The position numbers and the translations under genes are program-made. From contig NC_042999.1 in NCBI RefSeq assembly GCF_006345805.1, positions 145,204,001 through 145,268,000 of the forward strand: a DNA stretch of 64,000 bases. Direction: 5' to 3'. The notes below the pieces were generated by a model. The model did not search any database. It was not told where the DNA came from and saw nothing but the letters and a program-made list of their open reading frames with translations. Numbering within the stretch: the first letter of the stretch is position 1; each line of letters starts with the position of its first letter. Of this stretch, positions 26,406 to 39,811 are shown one piece after another. This stretch comes from Octopus sinensis. Taxonomy: Eukaryota.

Positions 26406-28739
26406 AATTTTCTGATTATTATGAGAGACGAGATGAGACATTTCTATTGTGATGTATAGAGGATTATATAGATCACACTTCATGACTTGTATTTTATCAG
26501 CTCCTGAAAGAATGGAAAGGTAAGTCGTCCTCGGCGACATTTGGACTTAGATTGTAAAAAGAATACAAGCTTTGTTATTGATACTATTGAGCCCCAACTT
26601 GACCATAACTGAGTCGGCCTATGATTAAAATAACTTCAACCGTGATCATTCACATAATTTTAGTATGTCTAGGCCTGCTGTTCTCAAAATAGACTGTAAT
26701 TTGGTTTAAGTGTGGCTGCCATTTCTGGCAGATCAATCGGCAGCATAGAAACCTTCGCATTGATTCGAACTGTATTTTGTCAGGCAGTCAACTGATTCTG
26801 CTTTCCATTTTCATACACTTTTCAGATTAACATTGCTAACCAATTACTAAATGACAATTAAGAATAATTAGTAATTTACACAACCAAATGAGAAAGCAGC
26901 AAGATTTTAAAGAGATCAGGAATCATAATAATTAGTAATTTGCTTTGGGTGATTAATAGAGAGAAATGCATTTGTGAATATATTTTGCATAATTAAGACA
27001 TTAGCTCACTGTTATGCTGATGTTTAGCTCTAGGGCTGCTCTGAATGAGCAAACTCGTCTATTACCATTGTTTATTTATTCAGTCGTATTTTAAGTAATT
27101 TTTCAAGACGGCGTGCAGGCCTGCCTACTATTTGTAGCAGATCGATCTCTTATTAGTGGCTACCTCATTGGCTCAATACTATCTAGTGGCAGATGACAGA
27201 AGTTGGTCTCATAACCTTATGCAGAGGTCGAAAGGCATCACTGAAAACCTTGATTCAAATGAAGATGTGCACTTGAGATGAGTCTTAATTACTTTTACTG
27301 AAACGTTCTCTAATATTATAGTTCTGCCGCTGTTTGTTGTAATAACATATACTGATTTGCGGTATTATATTTTATCATGGCTTAGTCAGAGGGAAAGTGC
27401 AGAGAGACCAGGTTTCTTTTCAAGAACTCTGCGACCGGTGGGATGAAATTATATGTGAAGCAGTTCTTTCGATGAGATTTCACGCAGTTAGCATCGACTA
27501 GATTCCTCTCACAAGGCTTTCGAATACTCGAGATCATGGTATGCTAATAATCGAACCCAAAACCATATAGTAGTGAAGTAGTTTTTTGAACGGCACTAGT
27601 TAAAGGTAAGTTAATTTGACTGTAGAAAGTTATTTTACTTAACCACGGACAAAATCCAGTTTCAACTCGTGACTTCTTGCTGAGTTCTCGGAAACTCTAT
27701 TGGCTCAACAATCTATAGTTTTTGTATGTCGATAGAAAGTTAAGAAATAGATTTACGAAGCTTTCGAAATTTATCGGTAATGCAAAATGAAATATCAGTG
27801 AATACGTTTTAAATGCAAGTCTACACCAGAAGAAGGAAGTGTAGTTTTATGGTAAAATATAAACCATTGAAATTTTAAACTATTTGTTTGAATCAAATTT
27901 TTATAAATCGTTGTTTAACAGAGATTTTTGAATAATTAATAGCGACATTTTTTGCTGTCTGTAATGCAGCATGTCTGCGAGGTATTTGTTAAACAAGTTG
28001 CCAGGTGAAAATTTAAAGCGAAATGAGCCAGTGGGTAATGTCTTCGATTACCTATTTATGGGTTAAGTCAATATGCATAGCAAGTATTCAGGCGAATTTG
28101 TGATAGCAGACCCAGTTTTACAGAATTCCATTAATGAGTCAACGAGAGAGACCATGTGTGACCACTTGCTTTGCTGGAAACAGCAGCCAAATCTCCCACA
28201 AACGAGACCTGTCACCTTAAAAAAGGAAAGATATACAAGATAATCGAGTCCTAGATTCTATTAAAAAGAAAGAATTATGTACTCGACCACATATCGGTTC
28301 AATCAGCAGTGGTCTGGGGGTTAAAGAACAATAATAAACCTTTGAATATCTAAACAGATAACCTGGTATTATTTTTTATGGAAAACCTTCCAGCCATAGA
28401 CTAGTTTACTATTCCGGGAGAGACGTATGATTCATCTAATTAATCCAATAGAAATAAAACTGAAGTATCACTCCCTTTCCTCCTCGCGATTTCTGAAAGA
28501 ATAAAATTTTCTCCTAATGAAATTTTGCAGAAAAAAAAAGCTTTTTTTTTCACTGTAATTGTTTTAGTTTCACCACATCGTCTCAGATCAAAACACTTGC
28601 CAGACGAGTATGTAAATTCTTTATTCCGTATCGGTGGTCTACATAGAAAGAACAAGACCATACGACTAGGGGTCACGCATGATATAACATTAAGCTGGTA
28701 AAATTATAAAAAATTATCATAATAGATCGAATGATGCAT

Positions 28740-30775
28740 GCTACAAATGAACAACGCAATGAAGTGGGAGACGGGTTTAGCTTCGATCTCACAAGCCCTG
28801 ATCCACCACTGAAACCTTGCGTTACCTTTATGGTGAACACTCAAGCAGGATCACTCATTCTCAACATGCATGCCACATCCTTCCATCTTTTTCCATATGT
28901 ATCGGGCAACAGGCATCTCCTCTCCAGCCTTATTTTCCTTTTAAGACGGAAAACAAAGAAATTCACCAAAGCAAGGCTGGAGATGAAGATGCCTGTTGCT
29001 ACTCCTTTCATCCACGTCTTCCAAATCACCTTTCGTTATAGCGACCACAGCGAGAAAACAGACCTTTCCTTCTTGGTTTAAGGAGGAAGGTGGAACGACC
29101 TTTATAATTGACTTGGAGGACAGTTGTACTCCTCCATGATGTGACAGCAGCTGTTCAGCTTAAACCCACATTTCCGATATTTTCGGACACTGCACAATTG
29201 CGTGCAGAACAGTTTCGTTGTCCTGCTCGCATCTTGGGCAAGTGGGCGAACAAGGAACACCATACCTTGCGAGTTTATCGCGAACTGGTAAAGTTCCTCG
29301 GTAGCATTGCCAAGCTTGAGACTTTTGGAAATTATCCAAACGCCCCAGCCCAAATGTCCTTCAGAACAGGCTGGTGAGCTGAATATCGTCGAACCCCAGG
29401 GTTTTCCCCAGGACATCATCAAACTTGTCCTTTACCAACCCTCTATAGAATGACGAGGTGGAACCCTCGCCGCTGGCATTACCCATGTGGGGGAGGAGCA
29501 CGAGTGCCTGACGGCATACGGCTTGCCAAGCTCCCACCTTCGGTCTAAGCTTGATTCACGGTTCCAGTTCAAAACTAGTAAACCTGAGAAGTATCAATCT
29601 GACGAAAGAAGACCACATCTGTTCACCATCCAGGTAGAGCCATTTGTGCGTGAGCCTCAGCGCATGCCTGTGTATCAATAGCCAAGGCATCCTTAGCTTC
29701 CCTTTAGCGGTTTTTGGCAGCAGATAAAGCACCCTACAAGCGGAAATATGTCCCTCCACAAAAAGCGGAAGAGCAATCGCTCCAGCTTGTTTAGCCATGA
29801 CTTAGAGCAAGGCAAGACGGTTAGGCAGTAGATAATCACAGATGCGATAAACACATTTGCGACCTTCGATCTCCTTTTTAAGGGATAGCCATCGCTCAGA
29901 CCGAGTTAGGAGGGTCACTCTGCACGTCACCTCGCTCAAAATCTTCTCTATCTGGAGGTCTGGACCGAACCAAATCTCTAGCATTTTAACCGGACCGTCC
30001 AACGTCCGACGACGCTGTTGGATGACATTGACTTGTCTCTCCAGATGCCGAGTTGCAAGCCGACCGACTTCTCCCGGTTAATTTTTGTTCCTGCTACCAC
30101 CTCGAAATCCTTAATGGGCACACCTACCTGTTGTGGGTGGATACGATGATAGTGATGTCATCTGCATACGCCAAAACCTATTTTCACAACCTAGCCCACG
30201 TGGGACGTCCCTCTTCTCCAATTTCCGCAGTAAAGGCTCAAGAACCAACACATATAGGAGGAAGAAGAGGAGACAACCTTGATGTACCGAGCGCTTGATC
30301 TAGAACGGTTTCGAGAAGAAACCGTTCACCCGAACGATCGAATCGATGTTGCTATATAAAGCAATGATCTAACCGCGAAAGGTCGGGCCCAAACCGACCG
30401 CCGCGAGGACCGACACCAGATACCGATGGTCCACTCTATCAAAATCTCTGGATTGGTCTAAATGGACCAAAGCTCCACGCTTGTTAGGAATCCTATTAGT
30501 CCTCTCGAAAGTATGGCCTATAGGGTGGAGATTGCCTTGTATGGATCTGCCTAGAATGGCACACGTTTGTGCCTCCCTGACGATTCCACCCACGACACGC
30601 GCCAACATTTTGGCTAATACCTTGGCCAAAATCTTCAGCTCTGCATTAAGTAGAGTGATAGGCCAGAAGTTATCTATTGTTTGGACCCTTTCTAAGCAGC
30701 GTCACCACTCCCTGGCTCATAGATCTGGGAATAAACTCATTCTTCTGCTAGTTAGAGAAGACACACGCGAGTAGG
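28740..30775 (-). mobile_element. Degraded copy of a related Tx1/L1-clade LINE
   Basis: Fragments AKVLAKMLA...AQTCAILGRSIQGNLH...LDQSRDFDRVDHRYL and GPVKMLEIWFGPDLQIEK are homologous to the 3691-6811 ORF2; many stops and frameshifts. Confidence 0.85.
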
Positions 30776-31708
30776 TACCCAAACAAGTTTACTGCCAGAC
30801 AAGTATTTGTTCGAAATTATTATTCTTTAGCATTTAAATCTAACTTCCGTACTAATTCTTTGTTATTTCTCAAATCTGCCAAACAACGAGAGGATTTCAC
30901 CAGCGGTGACTGATAATTTGGACTGTTCCACTATCACAAAAAGAGGATTCCACATATTTCCAATTCATTTTGGTTGCTCTAATATGTTCAAATCCATTGC
31001 TGATTCGACTAACAAATTGCTATTGCTCCACACGGATTTCTATTTCTATTTCGGGTACATTTTTTGCTAGTTCCAACTTCATATCTGGGATAGTTGAAAT
31101 ATTAATCTTTCTTCCGTATTTGTGTACACCAACTTCCAACAATCAGTGATGACAAACTTATTTTCTTCACCTCTTTTATCGCTAACACAAAGGAGACTTC
31201 ACTGAATCGAAAAGAAAACTTGAAACGAAAGACATGAAATTGAGATAAATTAAGACCAACAGCATTGAGATATATTCAGTTATACTGACAACGGAGCACC
31301 GTTGATGCTTCCTACCAAAAAACGTCAATCAAAACAAGCCTAATGTACAAATGAATACATAAATTTTCTGTTACATTTGAGGATGGCTGACTAGAAATAT
31401 TTCTAGCTTATTGTGTGGAAAGAATATAAGGTTTCGATAAAAATGTATAAGTATATAGGCATAAATTATACTAAGTATCGCGCACATACACGTTCACATA
31501 CACATGTATGCACACACGCTTTTCCCGATTTCGTTCACTTCAAAGAAATACTGTTAAATCAATTAAGAATACGTCGGCTTTGCTATCGAAATGAGTCAGG
31601 GAAATATTCTAGATACAAAATGAAATTTTGCAGCGTAATATTATTTGGCTTCGTGTGCAACTTCATACATACATCTTTCTACCTATATTTGTACAAATGC
31701 GCATATCC

Positions 31709-31764
<56 letters not shown>

Positions 31765-32872
31765 GTCTGTCTGTCATTTACAAACACACACATTACATAC
31801 ATTCGTGTGTGTGTGTGTGTGTGTGTATACACGTAAGCATTTATACATATCACATACATATATACATGTACACATACACACACATACATACACAGACATA
31901 TGTATATATACGTTTACAGACACACACACACACACATTAAGATGTAAGGTACGATGTGTATTTAAGGAGACTTAATTATCCGTATATTAATCTCTCCAGA
32001 CTAATTAAAAGATTTTCATTTCTCTCAGATTCCCTATGGCAGATAGAATGCTAACACAAGAAATAAAAAGGGATGCAGTCATGCGCAACACAGTAATTTA
32101 TGAACTGCAAACTTTTTATATGCTGCAAGATATTTTGTACACCAAGTCAGGATAGAAATGGAGACCTTCGGTGGGAAAGTTTCAACTGTTTGAAAGAGGG
32201 GGAAATTCACCCAGGGCTCAAAACATTGTCGATGATGATCCCCCAAAAATTAATGAGGGCTTTTGCCAAAGAATTTCTGGTGTCGGAATGGATTATCGGA
32301 ACTGGTGCTCTGGAATTCTATTTTCTTCTTGAGTTCTTATTTTTGTGCTTAGAACTACAGCCCCCTTACAACACAGGACTTATCTAGAAACTGGAGAGAC
32401 TGAAAATAACTTTAGTCGGAGAACTGAACTACTGAGAACAGCTCTGCGCATGATGTCTTTACTATTTGGAACACTGACTGAACAGTGTACCTTCTCATAT
32501 ACATGGACGGTTCTCTAATGTCTTGTTCCAGAATTTGTTGTACAAAAAGCAATATTGTTATCTTCTAATTCTCGTATTCTACACAACAATTTGATATTCT
32601 AAAAATCTAGCCAATATAACTGCCCACCAAAATACTTACAAAATTTGACTAGTGTTCCCGTTTCCCCAATGACTTAAAATATACTAGGTGCCTTTCTTTC
32701 TTGTATTTTGGGTCTTGTGTCTTCAAAAGAGCAGAACAAGAAAAGATCAGCCTCCACCAACAAAGTACTCAGCACAAAATTTACTTTTGGCGTCGATGAT
32801 ATAATTACCGGTTGAATTATTTGGCTTAACCCTTTTCAATGAGAAATTATTATTATTATTATTATTATTATT

Positions 32873-33085
32873 AAGGCGGTGAGCTGGCAGAATCATTAGC
32901 ACGCCGAGCAAAATGCTTCGCGGCATTTCGTCCGTATCTACATTCTGAGTTCAAATTCCGCCGACTTTGTCTCTCATCTTTTTGGGGTCGATGAATTAAG
33001 TGCCAGTTGAACACTGGGTGTCGATGTAATCGACTCATCTACTGTCCCAAAACTGCTGCCTTTGTGGAAAAATTTGAAGCCATTA
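32873..33085 (+). mobile_element. SINE family A copy
   Basis: Same consensus as 24838; preceded by (ATT)n. Confidence 0.85.
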
Positions 33086-33481
33086 TTATTTGCTATTATA
33101 AATTCTTTTCACGGAAATTCGGTGTGGACTTATTGAATTGGTGCATATCGCTTGGTATTAAAGACAAATATCCTTTAGAATAAGAGAACTTTACTACTGG
33201 TGAGGTTTCTCAATGGAATGAATGAAAATTAGAACATTACATTATACCAACAATCGCCCACCATATTTACAATGCTTATATTGATAAATTCCACTAGACT
33301 AAGGCATCGTCTTAAAGTTTAGAGAATTGGGATATTGAAAGTTAAATATCAAGATTACAAATTCAGAGCTGCGCACCGCTGTCGACGAACAACTAGTTTC
33401 TCACCTAAGGCAAGTAACCTGTTAATTCTACCAAATGCACTTTCAAGGTACATGAAATACTGTTCAAAAGGTTATACATAC

Positions 33482-33635
33482 CGTTAACTTCTGGCATATA
33501 GCTTAGTCGGCATCCACAGGTTTCCACTAAAGCGTATGTGACACATTCTGCTTCACAGGACGAACGGGAATATTTGGGAAACAGGTTTAATTTCCTATTT
33601 TCGCACATACCACGAGGTTTTGGCAAACCTATAAC
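33482..33635 (-). CDS. DEG/ENaC exon 6: thumb, first part
   Basis: VIGLPKPRGMCENRKLNLFPKYSRSSCEAECVTYALVETCGCRLSYMPEVN matches the YS...C...C.......CGC....MP pattern; phase 0/1. Confidence 0.95.
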
Positions 33636-34148
33636 CTAACAGACAACATAGAAAACAATGTTAAAAGAATCAACTTCTTTCAACGTCTAATATTTTGTGT
33701 AATTGAAAGTTATGGCAAGAAGTTTATAATAATTAACATAAATGAGTTCATTCTAGAATTGAGTCGACAATAAAACTGAAATAGTTAACTTTAGTTGAGA
33801 CAATATGAAAGCAAGAATTTCAATAATTGCAGGTTTTTGGGTGAAATGGCAGGAAGCATCGACAAAGATATGGTTAAGATAATAAAACTTCGGATTGAAG
33901 GGAGTGTTCGTCCTATATTATTCCGGTTTTATCTCTTTCTTGTATACCTGTGATGATGATAGTAGAATGCACTAATGTGACTCCCATAACCGTTTAGATT
34001 GTGGAAGTATGATCAAATACTTCGTATGATAGTAAATGATTACTTTGTAGTTGGTGATTTTTAACAAGCAGTTATTATTAGTCTTTTTAAAAAAGAAATC
34101 CATTCTAAGTTGAAACTCACCCCCACTTCTTCGACTCATTTAACTTAC

Positions 34149-34330
34149 CTCCACAACTTGGAGTCCAAAGAAAGAATTAGTTCCTGTGGCTGAAGCTAGA
34201 CCTAAGTTTTTTATAGTCGGCACATCATGGGGGTTATGAAACAATACCTTTAGGCCGACACTTTTCTGACCTCCTGACATATATTCATACTGCTCCACAT
34301 TTAAGGTGAGTTGCAGGCCGTTTTCAATCC
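34149..34330 (-). CDS. DEG/ENaC exon 5: palm/beta-ball
   Basis: (G)IENGLQLTLNVEQYEYMSGGQKSVGLKVLFHNPHDVPTIKNLGLASATGTNSFFGLQVVE matches the G..NGL.L.L..EQ.EY and G.KV..H...P signatures; acceptor ttttattgtAG, donor GAG|GTAAGT; phase 1/0. Confidence 0.95.
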
Positions 34331-35892
34331 CTACAATAAAAAAAAAACATCATTAGAAAAAACAAAACAAAACATTTTTTACATTGACGTAAGGCCACAT
34401 ATTTGTAGAAAAGAGGATATAGTTAGTTGAATCGTCTCCAGTACTTATTTTATTGACCTTAGAAATGATGCAAGGTAAACTTGATATCAACAGTATTTGA
34501 ACCAAAAATGTAGAGTATTAGAACACAACATATTTTAGCTCAGTATCTCGATTGTTTTTACAACTCTACCTACTAATGATTAAAAAAATTGCTCCCAATG
34601 GCCTTTAAGAAGTTATAGAAGACAAGATCGGATGGTACACAAGTATATTATTGGAACTAATATTATTGTTTGAGAGGAATATTTCAAAAATATTTACACG
34701 TACGCTACAGTTCAATCGATTTTATCTTCAATCATCGGTATCTTATTCTTGGATATGTACATAGTACAGAATTGGATTTGAACTGGAAACCTAATTCGAA
34801 TCCAGTTTCATATTCTATACATATAAAATATTAAAAAATATGTTCTTATCTAAATATAAGTCAGGCAGAAGCACAAAATTAAATGTTGTTCTTCGTCTAG
34901 TCAAGCATTCCGTAATTTCTGTCAAATTACCACCCTTATTTATCGTGTTGATAATCCTTTCTGCTAAAGTCACATCGCCAGGAATTTTATCGACCTCGCA
35001 AGGATGAAAGACCAAGTCGACCTCAGCGGCATTTGAACATTAATCCTATTAATTATTTTAAATTTAGACGCAAAAGAAGGGGTGGGGGCATAGTTACTCA
35101 GATCGACTCATGTTATGATTGGAATACGAGTCAACGAGGGTGCATTTGCGTGGTACTTCGACGTCCTAGAAACAGCAGCTAAATATTCCTCAAACTAAAC
35201 ACTACTCTTTTTGAAAAAGAATAATACGTTGGATTTGTAGCGAAAGGTATCTATAAAAAGGCGGGATGGCCATAGCTGAGATACTTTTGATCTTCAATTT
35301 TTTAGATTAAAGCTAACCTGGAACTAAGTATTACCCGGCACAAAGTATATATCGAGAAAGACAAGGTAATCGGGTAGGGATTTGAACTCGTGACCGAGAA
35401 ACTTAACCGTTTTATTATTTTAGTCATATACATCACTTAGTAGTTTTTATTAATCATACCATTCCGCACACATGAAGGACATTTACATTTAAATAAACTA
35501 TCGTTGCACAAAGCATTTAGATTAGTTTTGTTTGATTTCAACTCATTTGTGAATTGTTTAATCTAGAACTTGTTTCTGCAACCGAGTAGAAATGTTGTGG
35601 TTGCGTAGAAAAGATCAAAATATTTTCGTGTGATTTAATATAAATTTCAGAGTTATTTGGTGATGGTAGTAAACACCGACAAGCCCTGGGTTGTCAGCGC
35701 TCACAAATCTCTTATCTTTCGATTTCCATTAGAATAGTTTTCCCGATGATACCAAGGTATTTGGAAAAACTACGAATATCTCAATTCGTCTATGATTTAT
35801 TAGATAGTATTTCATAATACACCCTGTATTAGATACTAACACTGACTTAACTATTGTTCAGTATTGTTGGAGCGCCGGGCAAAATGCTTTAC

Positions 35893-36089
35893 TCTTTTAC
35901 TTGTTTCAGTCATTTGACTGTGGCCATGCCGGAGTACAGCCTTTAGTCGAACAAATCGACCCTAGGATTTATTTTTTGCAAGCCTAGTACTTATTCTATC
36001 GGTTTCTTGTGCCGAACTGCTAAATTATGGGGACGAAGCGATGATGAAGGGTGGGGAACAAACACAGACACACAAATATATACATACTT

Positions 36090-36147
<58 letters not shown>

Positions 36148-36300
36148 CGGGCTTCTTTCAGTTTCCGTCTACCAAATATACTCACAAGGCTTTGGTCGGC
36201 CCGAGGTTACAGTAGAAGACACATGCCCAAGGTGGAAAGCAGTGGGACTGAACCCAGAACCATGTGGTTGGGAAGCAAGCTTCTTATTACACAGCTACTC
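35893..36300 (-). mobile_element. SINE family B copy
   Basis: Reverse-complement homology to 671-1260. Confidence 0.85.
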
Positions 36301-36620
36301 TTGCTCTTATGCTTAGCGGCATTCCATCCGTTTTTACGTTCTGAGTTCAAATTCCTCGAAGTAGACTTTGTCTTTCATCTCTTCAGGGTCGCTAAAATAA
36401 ATACCTGTTAAATACTGGGATCGATGTATTCGACTTACCCCTCCCCCTCGAAATAACTAGTTTGGGTTCAAAGTTTGAAACCGATATATTCCTCACCGTT
36501 ATTTCAACTGTTTAATGCCTCCTACACTGAATGCATTAACTTTACTAGTACTTAAAAAAAAAAATTATGTGGATGACATCTCTGATGTTATTCAACTGAT
36601 ACATAAATTGTTCAACAGAC

Positions 36621-36739
36621 CTGATGAGGCTACTTTGACAGGGTTTGAAGCATCTGTGTTGAAGCCATAACAAACTCCTTCGTCGGTGAATATTGTAGTG
36701 AAATTCTCAGGTCCACATCTCTCACTGCTCCAGTGACAG
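36621..36739 (-). CDS. DEG/ENaC exon 4: beta-ball/palm
   Basis: CHWSSERCGPENFTTIFTDEGVCYGFNTDASNPVKVASS matches the C.W...C....F....T..G.CY.FN signature; phase 2/1. Confidence 0.95.
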
Positions 36740-37699
36740 CTGATAATGAGACAAATATTTTGAATTGTAGCAAGAATACAACAAGACGTCAATTATGTAC
36801 AGCGACATTTTGGCAGCGAAAAGACTTCAGTAAAATTAGAAATAGTATGAAAAAAGCTTTACGTGTGTCTCTTGTCTTTTAGTTGTTTCAGTCATTGGAC
36901 AGCGTCTTGGAGAATTTAGTCGAATAGATCGACCTCGGTACTTACTTTTTAAAGTCTGCTTCTTATTCTATCGGTCTCTTTTGCTAAACTGCTAAATGGA
37001 GGGGATGTAAACAAACACCGATTGTCAAGCAGTGGCGGCGAACAAACGTAAGCGCAAAGGCGCGCGCGCACACGCACACACACACACACACACACTTCGA
37101 GACTACGTGGTTACAAAACGAGCTTTTTGATCAAACAATCATGCTTGCGTCTATAATATAAATATTATAGATGGGAGGGACACCTTAGAATTGACAAATG
37201 TTTTATTGTTGTGGTTGTTAGCTCAGATCATCATAAATCCAATCTATCATTGAAAGTGTTTCAATAAACTGAAAAAAGAGAACCCGTCCTTTATTTTCTC
37301 AATTTATGGGGCCATATAGATTATAAAGGGTTTCGTTGTAAAATTTATGCAATTTAAGATGTGATTTGAGTCTCATCAATTACGTGTGTTCTCCCACAAA
37401 AAAAACCATGTAAAACTTCCACATGTTATTTCAGTAAGAGTTATCTTTGACTCAGTGACATATGTAGGTGCTGTCTAGCCGTAGATCAGAACTCATCAAG
37501 CAGATCTGAGATGGAAATGCATTGCAGCCGTGACCTTCTTTCTTTTTGCGCGTCTGTAATTATATCATTTTATGTTTTCGTCCGTTATAAGGCAACAAGG
37601 AATGATTTAAAGAAAAATTTTCTGTCATTTTTAGTGTTATCGAGCAAAGAGGTGGTGACTTGTCTCAATGACCCATAAACAATATCTGGGTCATTTTGA

Positions 37700-37910
37700 A
37701 GGTGGCGAGCTGGCAGAAACGTTAGCACACCGGGCAAAATGCTTAACAGTATTTCGTCTATCTTTACGTTCTGAGTTAAAACATTCTGAGGTCGACTTTG
37801 CCTTTCATTCTTTCGGGGGTCGATATATTAAGTACCAATTGTGTACTGAGGTCGATCTAATTGACTGGCCTTTCCCCAAAAATTTCGGGCCTAGTGCCTA
37901 GAGTATAAAA
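37700..37910 (+). mobile_element. SINE family A copy
   Basis: Same consensus as 24838. Confidence 0.85.
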
Positions 37911-39446
37911 GAATATCTGGAACATTTTTGAACCATTTGAAATTGTTTCGGAACTCTTTAATCAAAATAACTGACTACCACTTCAAAAACAGTGTAGTAG
38001 TTTGTCAGCATTAATGGATAAGAACTAAGACCAAAGGTATTTCGGCCATGATCATCTCGTTTTGTTTTCATATATGCTATACTCTGCACTTCGTTGTCCA
38101 GTGCATCAATTTTTAAGACGGCAGGATTACTTGAGCAAGATATGCTTACTGTTTTTAGCGCATGGAGCGACCACGCAGAAGCTCTCTCAGTAGTTTCGAA
38201 AACAATGATCTAAACTTTAGATCATTCAGATTCTCAAGCAATACAGCGTTCGAAGAAATATTTTCAGGAAAAAAAAAACACTTTTGAAGGGGAAATTATG
38301 ATTTACATTGGAAATTAAACGAATTATAAACACTACCGTCAGAATAGATAACCACTTAAATCCAGTGTTATTTCATTTAACGACAATAGCATTAATATTT
38401 ATTAGATCATTTAGCATCTTCAAGTGAACGTTGAAAAAAGTGGTGGGAAGGGGGCAAGCTTTTGGAAAACCTCATACGCAGCAAAATTTCAATCCCTGTT
38501 GAAACAAACTTTACTTAATTTCTGGCCCTCGCTAAGAAAACTGTCACACTCCATTGTAAAAAGGGGAGAATAGTCAACATCGCATTACTTTTTATTCAAA
38601 TTAAAGCTCTGCATCTATTCAAAAGAAACCGATATCCACTCGATATGTGATAAATAGTATTATTTAGAATAATAATACTATACACGATTTCGATCACTCC
38701 ATTTATGTCACTAATTTACCGTAAATAAGGAAAGCCTCAACATCATTTTTGTTTCTTGTAATGTTTTAATGATAAGCTTACAATACATATCACAAATTCT
38801 CTCATTGGCTATTGAAGGAAAAATGAACACCATCCCATCTCTTATATATCTCTAAGGTCAATCACCCACTAGTGAGTACTACTCATTATGAAATGATACA
38901 CAATAGACTCTGTCTCATAAATTATCATTTTATCATATTAGTACAAAAAAGCAGCAAATCGTAAGAATCGTTACAGCATCAACCAAAATCCCTATTGTTA
39001 ATTAATTCTTGTTTTAAGTTCTGAGTTCAAATCCTACCAAAATGAACTTCGCCTTTCCGGATTCAATAAAATAAAGTACCAAACATGTACTGGGTCGATT
39101 TAATGACTTAGCCCTTTGCATATCATCAATGCCTTTTGCTTTTGTTAGAAACGGTTAAATAATCACAAAAATTCGCATGTTTAGGGAAGTGATGCAGTCG
39201 ATTGAAATAACCGTATACAGTAACGGGTACTTATTTAAACAATGCCATGCAGGATTTGAACTTATGATGTGGAGGGGCGGATTAAATATTAAAAGGCATT
39301 TAATCTAGTATACTACAACGTCTGTCATTCTATGTGACTGACGAAAAATTTTGTTGATAGAAGTTCAAGCGATCGATAAATACATATAGATAAATATATG
39401 GATATAAGTAGATAGATAGAAATGAATAAATAAAAATAGATAGATA

Positions 39447-39514
<68 letters not shown>

Positions 39515-39637
39515 TAGATATAAATAGATATTTAGATATATATATAGGTAGATATAATAGATATTTAGATATACAGGCGGAGAGGTATAAATCGATAGAG
39601 AGGTAATGTGTGACTTTGTAATCATTGGACTACTTAC

Positions 39638-39811
39638 TCTATTATCATATCTTCTTTAGTATGAGATATTCGTTGACGAAGATCTCTCTCGGAGATATTC
39701 AGTGCCTCGGCTTGCTGGATGAACTCAGAAGAAAATGCAATGCTCCTGTTTTCTGCCTTGTTGACATTTTCAATCATTCTGTATATGCCTAATTTATAAG
39801 CCTCGGTGGCC
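39638..39811 (-). CDS. DEG/ENaC exon 3: finger domain
   Basis: (R)[57 protein letters not shown](D); acceptor tttgctttcAG, donor GA|GTAAGT; 174 nt, phase 2/2, open in frame. Confidence 0.9.
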